A DNA stretch of 63,067 nt, the filler included. It is 3 parts of 3 records of this genome, joined end to end, with 100 filler letters (N's around TTAATTAATTAA, not from the genome) between each part and the next. Parts side by side here need not be neighbours in the genome. Positions count along the whole stretch, not along the records: positions 26,015 to 53,088 come from DRR723986_8725; 2 more parts are not named here. One strand, given 5' to 3'. A model generated the notes under the pieces. It saw nothing but the letters and a program-made list of their open reading frames with translations. It made no database searches and had not been told where the DNA came from. Shown here one piece after another: positions 29,611-39,415 of this stretch; position 1 is the stretch's first letter, and each line of letters begins with the position of its first letter. A program made the translations under genes and the position numbers.

Positions 29611-30486
29611 TTACAGGATACGGCCAGCCACGGCATCCAGTTTGGCAAGCAGTTCAGGGTCCCGTTTTTCGGGTGCCGTCAGTATCGCGAATTCGAGGGC
29701 GCGATCACACCCATGTGGGCAGGGCGCACGATCTGCTCCGAGCAAAGCAGGCAAACCTTTGACCAAGGCGCGACCCTTTTCGGCGTTGCCAGTCAGGGTG
29801 GCAATGATGGCGGTGACGTCGACTTCGCCGTGATCTGGGTGCCAGCTGTCATAGTCTGTAACCATCGCGACAGAGGCATAACAAAGTTCGGCTTCGCGGG
29901 CGAGTTTGGCCTCGGGCATGTTGGTCATGCCAATCACATCAGCCCCCCAATGTTCGCGATACATTTTGGATTCCGCGAGCGTTGAAAACTGTGGCCCTTC
30001 CATCGCAAGATAGGTGCCACCCCGGTGGACGTTTATCCCCGCTTCGCGGGCTGCTGTTTCACAGGCGTCCGACAGGCGTGGGCACGTAGGGTGGGCGACA
30101 CTGACATGGGCGACACAGCCGGTTCCAAAAAAGGATTTTTCGCGCGCAAATGTGCGATCGATGAACTGGTCGACAACGACAAAATCACCCGGCGCCATCG
30201 CTTCGCGGAACGATCCACAAGCCGAAACCGAAATGACGTCGGTGACGCCAATCCGTTTCAGGGCATCGATGTTGGCGCGATAAGGAACTTCGGTTGGGGA
30301 ATGGATGTGTCCGCGCCCATGGCGGGGCAAAAAGGCCATATCTACGCCATGCAACGATCCGGTGAGGATCTGATCAGACGGGGTTCCCCATGGGCTGTCA
30401 ACACTGACCCATTCCGCGCCTTCAAGGCCGTCGATGTCATAAATGCCCGATCCGCCGATGACGGCGATTTTGGTTTTAGTGCTCAC
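29611..30486 (-). CDS. mtnP: S-methyl-5'-thioadenosine phosphorylase
   Basis: IGGSGIY, FLPRHG, PYRANI, DQFIDRT, EGPQFST.AES, GMTNMPEAKLARE and VTDYD. GTG start 30486. Confidence 0.93.
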   Translation of the reverse strand: MSTKTKIAVIGGSGIYDIDGLEGAEWVSVDSPWGTPSDQILTGSLHGVDMAFLPRHGRGHIHSPTEVPYRANIDALKRIGVTDVISVSACGSFREAMAPGDFVVVDQFIDRTFAREKSFFGTGCVAHVSVAHPTCPRLSDACETAAREAGINVHRGGTYLAMEGPQFSTLAESKMYREHWGADVIGMTNMPEAKLAREAELCYASVAMVTDYDSWHPDHGEVDVTAIIATLTGNAEKGRALVKGLPALLGADRAPCPHGCDRALEFAILTAPEKRDPELLAKLDAVAGRIL

Positions 30487-30601
30487 GGGGCTGCTCCCTG
30501 CCTTGTTGGTCGAATTCCACGGAAATATGTGGCGGCTTGGCAGGGGATTGGCAAGGTCTTGGCGCGGGTTAGGTCTTTGCTCAACCAAGACCGCGTCGCG
30601 A

Positions 30602-31075
30602 TTATCCGCCCAGCCGGGGGCGCATGGCTTGGTAAACGACAGCTGTGGCGACGTTTGCCAAGTTAAGCGAACGGACCAGCGGGCTGAGCATCGGGAGGTT
30701 GAATACCCGGTCTTCCATCCCCTCTAAGATGGTCGGGGGGAGACCTTTGGATTCACATCCGAAAACCAAGTAGGCGTCGTCTTGGTACTCCGGGTCATAG
30801 AATGTCTGGGCACCGTGCTCTTCAAAGAAATGGAGGCTGTCGCGCGGCGGCCTACGATCGTCTATAAAATCTTGCCAACTGTCATATTCGATGAGATTAA
30901 CGTGCTTCCAGTAATCTGTGCCAGCGCGCCGAACTGCTTTTTCATCGAGCGAAAACCCGTAGGGTTTGATCAGGATCAGTTCCAAGCTTAACGCCACACA
31001 GGTCCGCCCAATCGCACCGGTATTGTACGGAATTTCGGGTGTTACTAACACCATCTTCAGGCATGGATCAGACAT
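30602..31075 (-). CDS. trmL: tRNA (cytidine/uridine34-2'-O)-methyltransferase, SpoU family
   Basis: PEIPYNTGAIGRTC, RRAGTDYW, VFGCESKGLP and RSLNLAN. Confidence 0.9.
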   Translation of the reverse strand: MSDPCLKMVLVTPEIPYNTGAIGRTCVALSLELILIKPYGFSLDEKAVRRAGTDYWKHVNLIEYDSWQDFIDDRRPPRDSLHFFEEHGAQTFYDPEYQDDAYLVFGCESKGLPPTILEGMEDRVFNLPMLSPLVRSLNLANVATAVVYQAMRPRLGG

Positions 31076-31265
31076 GGGATGTTTAGGCTTTCAAAAAGCG
31101 CGAGCCCTGTGTGGGCGCGTTGTGCGGTTTTTGTTAACGCAACTCAGGGGGCATTCACAACGCCAACTTTGCCAGATTGGCAGACTTACGTTGTGATTAA
31201 CCCAGTGGGGCGGGCGACTGAATAGATAGCAGGGGGGGAGAGACATTAGGGGTGTGTCCCAGCAT

Positions 31266-31820
31266 TTACGGCGAGATCAATGCGCGCATGCGGGCCTGGC
31301 TCTGGAAATCCTCCCAGGCGGGCTCAAAATCTTGTAATGGCCAGCTCAGATCTTGGGATTGTCCGTGGCGGTCACGGAACGTGAACCTGAACGCGTCGCC
31401 ATCGGCCATGCTATCAATCAAGAATCCGGCGTCATCCCCTGTAAAGGTGCAGCTTAGGCCGGTGAGGCACCCGGGAAAACGCGTCCGCCAGATATCGCCT
31501 TGCATGGTTTCGATCCGGAACCCGTTGGGGTGAAACACAGTGCCGAGCTCCATCCCGAAATCAACTTTGTAACCGTTGGGCTCGGGTGTGATGAACATGA
31601 ATTGCGCTGCGAATTTAGGGGCTTGGGAAAACACATCGACGCGACGCAAATAACAGCGCTGTTTGAGTGTGCCGTATTCCTCGCGTTCGTCACATATGGA
31701 GTTCCAGATGCCAAAAATCTTATGATGCATCACCCGCCAATTGCCGGGGGTGTCGTTTCCCTGCAGATCCTGTGCCCCAACAGCAGATCCAAGGAGAGAG
31801 AATAGAATGAACCATCGCAT
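31266..31820 (-). CDS. Exported hypothetical protein (possibly IalB-like)
   Basis: Signal peptide MRWFILFSLLGSAVGA, FGIWNSIC...C pair, and a C-terminal SWPLQDFEPAW. Confidence 0.6.
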   Translation of the reverse strand: MRWFILFSLLGSAVGAQDLQGNDTPGNWRVMHHKIFGIWNSICDEREEYGTLKQRCYLRRVDVFSQAPKFAAQFMFITPEPNGYKVDFGMELGTVFHPNGFRIETMQGDIWRTRFPGCLTGLSCTFTGDDAGFLIDSMADGDAFRFTFRDRHGQSQDLSWPLQDFEPAWEDFQSQARMRALISP

Positions 31821-32000
31821 AAGTTTAGGATTGGCCTGCAAACAACGGCCAGGCAAGTCACGTTGGTGAGAGGGGTGGATTTTGTGCTAAGGTATGATAT
31901 GGCGTGCCCGCTGTCTGATGCCACTCTCATTGGTCGACCCCTTTTGTGATTGGCACCTGCATCTTATAGCCGCGAACCCACTATCCATAGGAACCCGCCC

Positions 32001-33662
32001 ATGCCCCGAGCCCTTTTGGCTGCGTTTGCCAGTCGTCTTGATTACCCTGATTTGCGTTGGATGCCTGACGAAGGCTTTAGCGTTGGCCGGGTTCGGATTG
32101 AATTGCTGTCGGGTTTGACCGTGGCGTTGGCGCTGGTGCCCGAAGCGGTGGCTTTTGCCTTTGTTGCTGGTGTGCATCCTTTGGTGGGCCTGTACGCGGC
32201 GTTCATGGTTGGATTGATCACCGCATTGATTGGCGGTCGTCCGGGCATGATTTCTGGTGCGACCGGTGCCTTGGCGGTGGTAATGGTGGCCTTGGTGGCG
32301 CAGCATGGGGTGGAGTATCTGTTCGCGACTGTGGTGCTGATGGGGATCTTGCAGATCATTGCGGGTATCATGCAGTGGGGTAAATTTATCCGACTGGTGC
32401 CACATCCCGTTATGTTGGGCTTTGTGAATGGTCTGGCGATTGTGATTTTTCTGGCCCAAATGGGTCAGTTCAAAGTGCCTGGTTCGATGGAAAGCTCGGG
32501 CCATGGCCTGAGTGGCGGGGAATGGTTGAGCGGAACACCTCTGGTGCTGATGCTGGGTCTGGTGGGTTTGACCATGGCGATCATCTGGGTGATGCCCCGC
32601 GTGACACGGTTCATCCCGGCCCCATTGGCTGGGATCGGCATCGTTGCGGCGCTGGTTATCGGTTTGGGCTTGGATGTGCCACGGGTTGGCGATCTGGCCT
32701 CGATCAAGGGCGGTTTTCCTGAGTTTCACAACCCATTTGGCGAAGGTCTTGGCCTCTATGGCACCGCTTTGGCACCGCTGAATTGGGAAACGCTAGAAAT
32801 CATCCTGCCTTATGCTGTCATTTTGGCTGCTATTGGTTTGATTGAATCGTTGCTGACGCTGAACCTTGTGGGCGAGATGACTGGCAAGCGTGGCGGTGCA
32901 AGCCAAGAATGTATCGCGCAGGGCGTTTCCAATACGGTCACTGGCTTTTTCGGTGGCATGGGCGGTTGTGCGATGATCGGTCAGTCGATGATCAACGTTA
33001 AATCCGGCGGACGCACGCGGGTTGCCGGGATTGCAGCGGCCGTGTTTTTATTGCTGTTCATCCTTGTGGGATCGCCGATTATTGAACTGATCCCGTTGGC
33101 CGCTCTGGTCGGGGTTATGTTCATGGTGGTGATCGGGACCTTTGCGTGGAACTCATTCAAGATCATGCGCAAGGTGCCGCTGACAGATGCCTTTGTGATT
33201 GTTCTGGTGACGGTTGTGACGGTGATGGAAGATCTTGCTGTCGCAGTCGTTGTTGGTGTGATCGTATCGGCGTTGGCGTATGCGTGGAACAACGCCCGCC
33301 GTATTCATGCCGAAATCGGGGAGGACGAAGACGGCGCCAAAGTGTACCGCGTTCAGGGGCCACTGTTCTTTGGATCAGCTGATGGCTTTGCGGAATTGTT
33401 CGAGCCTAAAACAGACCCTGACAAAGTCGTCGTAGACTTTGCTGGTAGTCGTGTTGTCGACCAGTCCGCACTGCAGGCAATCGAAGCGATTGCGCTGAAA
33501 TACGAGGCCGAGGGGAAATCGATCCAGTTGCGCCACTTGAGCCGTGATTGCCACCAGCTGCTGACCAAAGCAGGTCACTTGATGGTCGATAGCGATGACG
33601 ATCCCGAATACACATTGGCGGTGAACTATTCCGTCCGGACGGGTGTTCTAGGCGGCCACTAA
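32001..33662 (+). CDS. SulP family anion transporter
   Basis: LSGLTVALALVPEAVAF, GGRPGMISGATGA, GGCAMIGQS and STAS GPLFFGS. Confidence 0.94.
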   Translation: MPRALLAAFASRLDYPDLRWMPDEGFSVGRVRIELLSGLTVALALVPEAVAFAFVAGVHPLVGLYAAFMVGLITALIGGRPGMISGATGALAVVMVALVAQHGVEYLFATVVLMGILQIIAGIMQWGKFIRLVPHPVMLGFVNGLAIVIFLAQMGQFKVPGSMESSGHGLSGGEWLSGTPLVLMLGLVGLTMAIIWVMPRVTRFIPAPLAGIGIVAALVIGLGLDVPRVGDLASIKGGFPEFHNPFGEGLGLYGTALAPLNWETLEIILPYAVILAAIGLIESLLTLNLVGEMTGKRGGASQECIAQGVSNTVTGFFGGMGGCAMIGQSMINVKSGGRTRVAGIAAAVFLLLFILVGSPIIELIPLAALVGVMFMVVIGTFAWNSFKIMRKVPLTDAFVIVLVTVVTVMEDLAVAVVVGVIVSALAYAWNNARRIHAEIGEDEDGAKVYRVQGPLFFGSADGFAELFEPKTDPDKVVVDFAGSRVVDQSALQAIEAIALKYEAEGKSIQLRHLSRDCHQLLTKAGHLMVDSDDDPEYTLAVNYSVRTGVLGGH

Positions 33663-33728
33663 GGGCTGTTGTTAAATCGAGCGCCCCTGCGGGGCGCGCT
33701 CAATCCTGATTTGGCGCTGCGTGGCGTC

Positions 33729-33767
33729 GAGAGCGCGATCCTGCAACGGGGTCGCGCTTTTGCTTTT
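33729..33767 (+). terminator. Intrinsic terminator after SulP
   Basis: GAGAGCGCGATCCTG-caa-CGGGGTCGCGCTTTT stem with G-U pairs, followed by a T-rich tail. Confidence 0.6.
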
Positions 33768-33772
33768 GGGGA

Positions 33773-34378
33773 TCAGTCGTCGGGGCGGCTGAGGGAAAAC
33801 AGATCTTGCACGACAGAGTAGTCGCGATATCCCAGTCGGGCGAGCGGCTTGAATGTGGTCACATCAAATATGCCATCACGCAGACAGTCATCCCGCAGGT
33901 GAATACCCACAACTTCGCCAAACGCGACTCGATTGGAGCGTCCCGGCAGTGTCGTGATCTGGGTCAGTTTGCATTCGAGGGCGGCAGGAACGCCAGCGAT
34001 GCGTGCGCAGTTTATTGTTTCGCAATCTACCGGCGTGAGCCCTGCGTGATCGAATTCATCGACGTCCTTGTCTAGTGCCGCAGAGCTTGCATTCATCGCG
34101 TCGCGCATCGCGAATTCAACGATGTTGACGCAGAAGACGCCAGTGTCTTCGATATTGCCAAGGCTGTCTTTGGTGTTGTTTTGGTCCGGTTTTGCACCGG
34201 TGCTGGCAAACATAATTTGGGGCGGCTCGTAAGCAACGCCATTAAAAAACGAATAGGGGGCAAGGTTGTTGATCCCCTGTTTGTCACGAGAAGAAATCCA
34301 ACCAATGGGGCGCGGTGTGATCAGGGCGTTGAACGGGTTATGGGGCAGGCCATGATCGTCTTGCGGGCGATAAAACAT
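33773..34378 (-). CDS. Flavin reductase-like FMN-binding protein
   Basis: PRPIGWISS, NLAPYSFFN, ALECKL and PLARLGY. Confidence 0.9.
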   Translation of the reverse strand: MFYRPQDDHGLPHNPFNALITPRPIGWISSRDKQGINNLAPYSFFNGVAYEPPQIMFASTGAKPDQNNTKDSLGNIEDTGVFCVNIVEFAMRDAMNASSAALDKDVDEFDHAGLTPVDCETINCARIAGVPAALECKLTQITTLPGRSNRVAFGEVVGIHLRDDCLRDGIFDVTTFKPLARLGYRDYSVVQDLFSLSRPDD

Positions 34379-34459
34379 CTGTCTCTCTCCTAGCGTTTGC
34401 CCAAGAGGTAGTGAAGTGATAGGCGGATTGCCACGGGTAAAGGAAAAGCAGGCGCGTCA

Positions 34460-34948
34460 GTGATCGAAATTAAGCGGGAACAGCCGGACGACTGGTGGGA
34501 AGTCGAGGCGTTGTATGATCTGTGTTTTGCCCCCGGGCGCGAGGCCTTGTCGTCTTATCGGCTGAGGGATGACGTGCCCCCAGTGGCTGAATTGTCTTTG
34601 GTTGCCAGAGATGAACATGGGATCTTGGCGGGCGCGATCCGGTTCTGGCCTGTCCATGTCGGGGCAAAGGATGCGCTTTTGCTGGGGCCAGTGGCAGTTC
34701 ACCCGACGCACCAAGGCGAAGGATTGGGCGGATATCTCATTTTTGAGGGGCTAGAGGCGTCTAAGATCTATGGCTGGAAGCGGGTCATGCTGGTCGGCGA
34801 TGCGCCCTATTACGAACGCTTTGGCTTCACGCGGCTGGACGGCGTAGAGATGCCGCCCCCGACCAATCCAGAGCGGGTTTTGGGATTTGATCAGGCATCC
34901 GGGGGCTGGTCTGAAGTGACGGGACAGGTGACCCGGTGGACGCGCTAA
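34460..34948 (+). CDS. GNAT N-acetyltransferase
   Basis: LGPVAVHPTHQGEGLG and VGDAPYYERFGF. Confidence 0.9.
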   Translation: MIEIKREQPDDWWEVEALYDLCFAPGREALSSYRLRDDVPPVAELSLVARDEHGILAGAIRFWPVHVGAKDALLLGPVAVHPTHQGEGLGGYLIFEGLEASKIYGWKRVMLVGDAPYYERFGFTRLDGVEMPPPTNPERVLGFDQASGGWSEVTGQVTRWTR

Positions 34949-35002
34949 GCTGTTGAAATTGGTCCTTGGGGTGCCAATCTTGTAACAGAGATAGGAGCCG
35001 AG

Positions 35003-35773
35003 ATGACTGATATTGCACTGATTGCCCCAATCGACACAGAAGCAGAGCTGGATCGGATTGCCGCGCGGTATCAAGCTGCTGGAGGTGTCGGTGTGAAACT
35101 TTTCAATCTTCTGGGTGGCAAGGTTGAAGACGTGCTGGACAAGCTTCCTGAGCCAGTGCGTGATGGGTTGGGCGATGCAACTGAGCGGGCACTGTTCTTA
35201 GCAATGCAGGCGGCGCAGCATTCGCGAACGGCGGTGCCGGATCAAAAGGAATGGGTGAACACAGCCGTCACCACAGCCATGGGCGCCGCAGGTGGATTTG
35301 GCGGCTTGCCTGGGGCGTTGGTCGAGTTGCCAGCAACAACCACAGTGCTTTTGCGCGCGATTCAAGGTGTGGCGGCCAATCATGGATTTGATCCAGAGGC
35401 GGAGAATGTGCAATTCGACTGTGTTAGGGTGTTTTCTGCAGCGGGGCCCTTGGCCATGGATGACGGGGCGGATCTGAGTTTCCTATCCCTGCGTTTGACG
35501 TTGACGGGCAGCGCGATGCAATCCCTGATCACGGCGGTTGCACCAAAGCTGGCGCTTGTCTTAGGGCAAAAACTGGCGTTGCAAACGGTTCCCATTCTTG
35601 GGGCGGTGGCAGGGGCGGGCGTGAACTATACCTACACGAAATATTACCAGCAAATTGCCCATGTCCACTTTGGCATGCGGCGTTTGGCGATCGATGCCGA
35701 TCTGTCAAATGAAGATCTGGTTGTGCGTCTAGAAGAGCGCATGCGTCGCGGCATTCAGTCCAAGCCGAGTTGA
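35003..35773 (+). CDS. EcsC family protein
   Basis: GAAGGFGG..ELPATTTVLLRAI and QTVPILGAVAGAGVN. Confidence 0.8.
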   Translation: MTDIALIAPIDTEAELDRIAARYQAAGGVGVKLFNLLGGKVEDVLDKLPEPVRDGLGDATERALFLAMQAAQHSRTAVPDQKEWVNTAVTTAMGAAGGFGGLPGALVELPATTTVLLRAIQGVAANHGFDPEAENVQFDCVRVFSAAGPLAMDDGADLSFLSLRLTLTGSAMQSLITAVAPKLALVLGQKLALQTVPILGAVAGAGVNYTYTKYYQQIAHVHFGMRRLAIDADLSNEDLVVRLEERMRRGIQSKPS

Positions 35774-35897
35774 GATTGCCCCCGGTCTATTTCGGTTCTG
35801 AGCCGTTTTGACACACAGTACATAGATTTTTGTTACTTAATCGTCGCAGTTCTGTCACGGTGAGGGGGTACCATCCGAACAGGAGGGGCACATCACG

Positions 35898-36356
35898 ATG
35901 AAGAATTCAACCAAAGTGTTGAGTCGGTTGCCGCGGGTTGGTATCTGCAGTCAAATGGGGGCTCTGTGTTACCGGATCGATAACGGTAAATTGCGTGTCC
36001 TCTTGATCACGTCTCGTCGAACCGGGCGTTGGATCGTTCCCAAAGGGTGGCCAATGTCGGATCGGGATGCGGCGGGCACAGCAGCGCAAGAAGCCTGGGA
36101 AGAGGCCGGTGTTATCGGCAATTGCAGGACGCGCAGTTTAGGGCGCTATTTCCATTTCAAAGTGATGTCTGATGGCAACGAAGCCCCGTGTTTGGTTGAA
36201 GTATTTCCGATAAAAGTGAAACGATTGGCCGACAAATTCCCGGAACGAAGCGAACGTCACAGGCGTTGGTTTTCGCCTAAAAAAGCAGCAGCGCGTGTGG
36301 CAGAACCTGAACTTGCCCAAATGATCCGCAAGTTTGATCCGCGCATTCTGCATTAA
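35898..36356 (+). CDS. NUDIX hydrolase
   Basis: LLITSRRTGRWIVPKGW and the Nudix box AAQEAWEEAG. Confidence 0.9.
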   Translation: MKNSTKVLSRLPRVGICSQMGALCYRIDNGKLRVLLITSRRTGRWIVPKGWPMSDRDAAGTAAQEAWEEAGVIGNCRTRSLGRYFHFKVMSDGNEAPCLVEVFPIKVKRLADKFPERSERHRRWFSPKKAAARVAEPELAQMIRKFDPRILH

Positions 36357-36435
36357 CTTCCGGAAAGGCAAACGAGAGGCTTGAACTTCATTCGGGTGTG
36401 GATATCTATCGGCGAACCTGTAACGTGGGTAGACG

Positions 36436-36921
36436 ATGATTCAATATGCATTGAAATGCTGCGACGGCCATGTCTTTGACAGCTGGTTCCAGTCCGCAGA
36501 GGCTTATGAAAAACTGGCAAAAGCCGGGATGGTGTCGTGCGTGGAATGCGGCAGCAGTCAGGTCGAAAAGGCAATCATGACGCCGCGTGTTCGCCCCGCG
36601 CGCAGTGCGGCGTCCTCGACCGTTTCGGAACACCAAGAAGCCACCCCTACAGTTGAGCCGCCCGCGCCATCGCAACCGGGACTGTTAAGTCAGCCGGCGT
36701 CTGAGCTTGAAAAAGCGGTGACCGAGCTGCGAAAGCAGGTGGAAACGAATTCGGACTATGTTGGCGAGAATTTTGCCGATGAAGCGCGCGCCATGCACGT
36801 GGGAGATGCGCCGTCCCGTGCTATCTATGGCGAAGCCAAAATTGAAGAGGCTAAAGCCCTCATTGAAGAAGGTGTGCCAGTTACACCATTGCCATTTCGT
36901 CCTAACAGAAAGACAAATTGA
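36436..36921 (+). CDS. DUF1178 family protein
   Basis: LKC..GHVFDSWF, CxxC, and YVGENFADEARAMH..IYGEA. Confidence 0.85.
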   Translation: MIQYALKCCDGHVFDSWFQSAEAYEKLAKAGMVSCVECGSSQVEKAIMTPRVRPARSAASSTVSEHQEATPTVEPPAPSQPGLLSQPASELEKAVTELRKQVETNSDYVGENFADEARAMHVGDAPSRAIYGEAKIEEAKALIEEGVPVTPLPFRPNRKTN

Positions 36922-36924
36922 TCG

Positions 36925-37563
36925 ATGCATGTTGTTATTACAGGGGCCAATCGTGGGATCGGCAAAGCCATGGCTGAGCGGTATCGCGCGGCTGGGCATA
37001 CAGTCACCGGGACTGCACGTGATGGCAGTGAGACAGTGACTCTGGACGTGACGGATGCACGCCAACACGCTGATATGGCACACGAATTAAACGGACGGCC
37101 CATCGATTTGCTGATTTGTAATGCGGGTGTCTATCTGGATAAGGGGCAATCCATTGATGGGTATACCCCCGACATGTGGGCGCAGTCATTTGCAGCCAAC
37201 GTGACGGGTGTATTTCTAACGGTACAAGCCCTGCTGCCCAATCTAAGGGCCGCCAACGGCAAGATTGCGATTATCAGCTCACAAATGGCATCACATACGC
37301 GCGCGCCTGGCGGCAGCTACATCTACCGTGCGTCTAAAGCGGCGGCTTTGAACCTTGGGCGCAATCTATCTACGGATTTGAAAGCTGACGGGGTCGCAGT
37401 GGGTATCTATCATCCGGGCTGGGTTAAAACCGATATGGGGGGGGAAGCTGGCGATATAACCGTGGATGCCTCTGCCGATGGTCTGTTGGCACGATTTGAT
37501 GCGTTGAGCATCGACACAACCGGGTGTTTCGAAACCTGGGATGGTCGGCCTCACGCTTATTGA
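36925..37563 (+). CDS. Short-chain dehydrogenase/reductase
   Basis: TGANRGIG, NAG, YRASK and HPGWVKTDMGG. Confidence 0.92.
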   Translation: MHVVITGANRGIGKAMAERYRAAGHTVTGTARDGSETVTLDVTDARQHADMAHELNGRPIDLLICNAGVYLDKGQSIDGYTPDMWAQSFAANVTGVFLTVQALLPNLRAANGKIAIISSQMASHTRAPGGSYIYRASKAAALNLGRNLSTDLKADGVAVGIYHPGWVKTDMGGEAGDITVDASADGLLARFDALSIDTTGCFETWDGRPHAY

Positions 37564-37586
37564 ACGTGAAGCCATTCGGGCGCTGA

Positions 37587-37949
37587 TTATTGGTTGGCGA
37601 CCGCCCGTGTTGAAATCTGGAACACTTCGCCCGGTTCGATAAAGACGCGCATGACGTCGCCCTGAACCTCACTGGTGATCTTGGCGGTGGAATTGGAAGC
37701 CGTCGGTTCACCATCCGTGAAATAGATGTTTCGTGTTTCGCCCGTTGGCAAAAGGACGTTGATCGTCACATTCTGTGCATCTCTGCGGATCAGTTCAGCA
37801 TGGCAGTTTTGAATGGGCTGACCTGCAATTGCCGCACAGGGGAGCGTGCCAAGGGCATTTGATCCGTCGGTCCCAGACACCGACCCGCCTGCGGCTTGAG
37901 CTTGTGTTGATAAAAGAGCAAGTGTGACTACGGCTGAAAGCAAGCGCAT
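37587..37949 (-). CDS. Small secreted hypothetical protein
   Basis: Signal peptide ending AQA-A and a Cys pair. Confidence 0.65.
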   Translation of the reverse strand: MRLLSAVVTLALLSTQAQAAGGSVSGTDGSNALGTLPCAAIAGQPIQNCHAELIRRDAQNVTINVLLPTGETRNIYFTDGEPTASNSTAKITSEVQGDVMRVFIEPGEVFQISTRAVANQ

Positions 37950-38131
37950 GGGAAATCCTGTTGGGTTGAAAGCGTTGGCCTCAATTTGTCATTGCGATGG
38001 GGTGGTGTAAAGCAAAGGCGCAATAATCACGGGCCGATGACGCTAACACAGACGCTGCCCACTTGCTCTTGAGCACCCCCTCGCTTATGACGCGTGAAAC
38101 CTGAAGCTAGGGCGCGGAGATATTAAACCCC

Positions 38132-39370
38132 ATGCCAACACTCGTAATGAAATTCGGCGGCACATCTGTCGCCAACCTGGATCGTATCCGTCGTGCGGCC
38201 AAACGCATCGGCGTTGAAGTTGCCAAGGGCTATGATGTCATCGTTATTGTCTCTGCCATGTCGGGCAAGACGAACGAGATGGTTGGCTGGGTCAATGAAA
38301 CGTCACCTCTGTATGACGCACGTGAATATGACGCGGTGGTCTCTTCTGGGGAAAACGTCACGGCTGGTCTGATGGCGTTGACCTTGCAGGAAATGGACGT
38401 TCCCGCGCGCAGCTGGCAGGGGTGGCAGGTGCCGCTTTTGACGACCAGCGCCCACAGTCAGGCGCGGATCGAAGAGATCCCGACCAAGAACATCAACGAC
38501 AAGTTCGCCGAGGGCATGAAAGTGGCCGTGGTTGCTGGTTTTCAGGGCATTAGCCCCGAGGGACGGATCACAACGCTGGGACGTGGTGGGTCTGACACTA
38601 CCGCTGTTGCGTTTGCTGCTGCATTTGAAGCAGATCGCTGTGATATCTATACTGATGTGGATGGTGTCTATACCACTGACCCGCGCATCTGTGACAAGGC
38701 GCGCAAACTGGACAAAATCTCGTTCGAGGAAATGCTCGAACTGGCCTCATTGGGGGCCAAAGTGTTGCAAACCCGCTCGGTCGAGCTGGCGATGCGCTAC
38801 AAAGTGAAACTGCGTGTTCTCTCAAGCTTTGAAGAACAATCTGACGAGGCCGGTACGCTGGTCTGCGACGAGGAGGAAATCATGGAATCCAATGTTGTGG
38901 CCGGTGTGGCCTATTCCCGCGACGAAGCCAAGATGACCCTGTTGTCGGTTGCGGATCGCCCTGGCATTGCCGCCACGATCTTTAACGCGCTGTCCGATGG
39001 TGGCGTCAACGTTGATATGATCGTGCAGAACATTTCAGAAGAAGGTCGTACTGATATGACCTTTAGCTGCCCTACAGATCAGGTGGCACGCGCCGAAAAA
39101 TCGCTGTTGGCGATCAAAGATGCGGGTGAGCTGAACTATGCTGAGTTGATTGCAGATACGGACGTGGCCAAGGTGTCTGTCGTGGGGATCGGCATGCGGT
39201 CCCAGTCGGGTGTTGCGGCCAAAATGTTCAAGATACTCTCGGATGAGGGTATTAACATCAAGGTCATTACAACCTCTGAGATAAAAATTTCCGTACTGAT
39301 TGATCGGAAATACATGGAACTTGCTGTTCAGGCACTGCATGATGCTTTTGAACTGGACAAGGCAGCCTGA
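38132..39370 (+). CDS. lysC: Aspartate kinase
   Basis: MKFGGTSV, TTLGRGGSD, YTDVDGVYT.DP and two ACT domains. Confidence 0.96.
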   Translation: MPTLVMKFGGTSVANLDRIRRAAKRIGVEVAKGYDVIVIVSAMSGKTNEMVGWVNETSPLYDAREYDAVVSSGENVTAGLMALTLQEMDVPARSWQGWQVPLLTTSAHSQARIEEIPTKNINDKFAEGMKVAVVAGFQGISPEGRITTLGRGGSDTTAVAFAAAFEADRCDIYTDVDGVYTTDPRICDKARKLDKISFEEMLELASLGAKVLQTRSVELAMRYKVKLRVLSSFEEQSDEAGTLVCDEEEIMESNVVAGVAYSRDEAKMTLLSVADRPGIAATIFNALSDGGVNVDMIVQNISEEGRTDMTFSCPTDQVARAEKSLLAIKDAGELNYAELIADTDVAKVSVVGIGMRSQSGVAAKMFKILSDEGINIKVITTSEIKISVLIDRKYMELAVQALHDAFELDKAA

Positions 39371-39415
39371 GCAAAACGCCAAGGGCCTGCCTGACTGAGA
39401 TAAGGTGACAGGCCC

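Noticed and set aside
31887-32729. 280-aa His/Gln/Arg-rich minus-strand ORF
   Set aside because: Its composition is what the reverse complement of hydrophobic SulP codons produces.
9342-33662. Three SulP genes in one window as a single system
   Set aside because: The third (32001-33662) lies beyond an artificial spacer, on a contig from a different organism, and belongs to a different SulP subfamily.
37950-38131. Lysine riboswitch upstream of lysC
   Set aside because: No recognisable L-box motifs or terminator, and the spacer is shared with a divergent gene.
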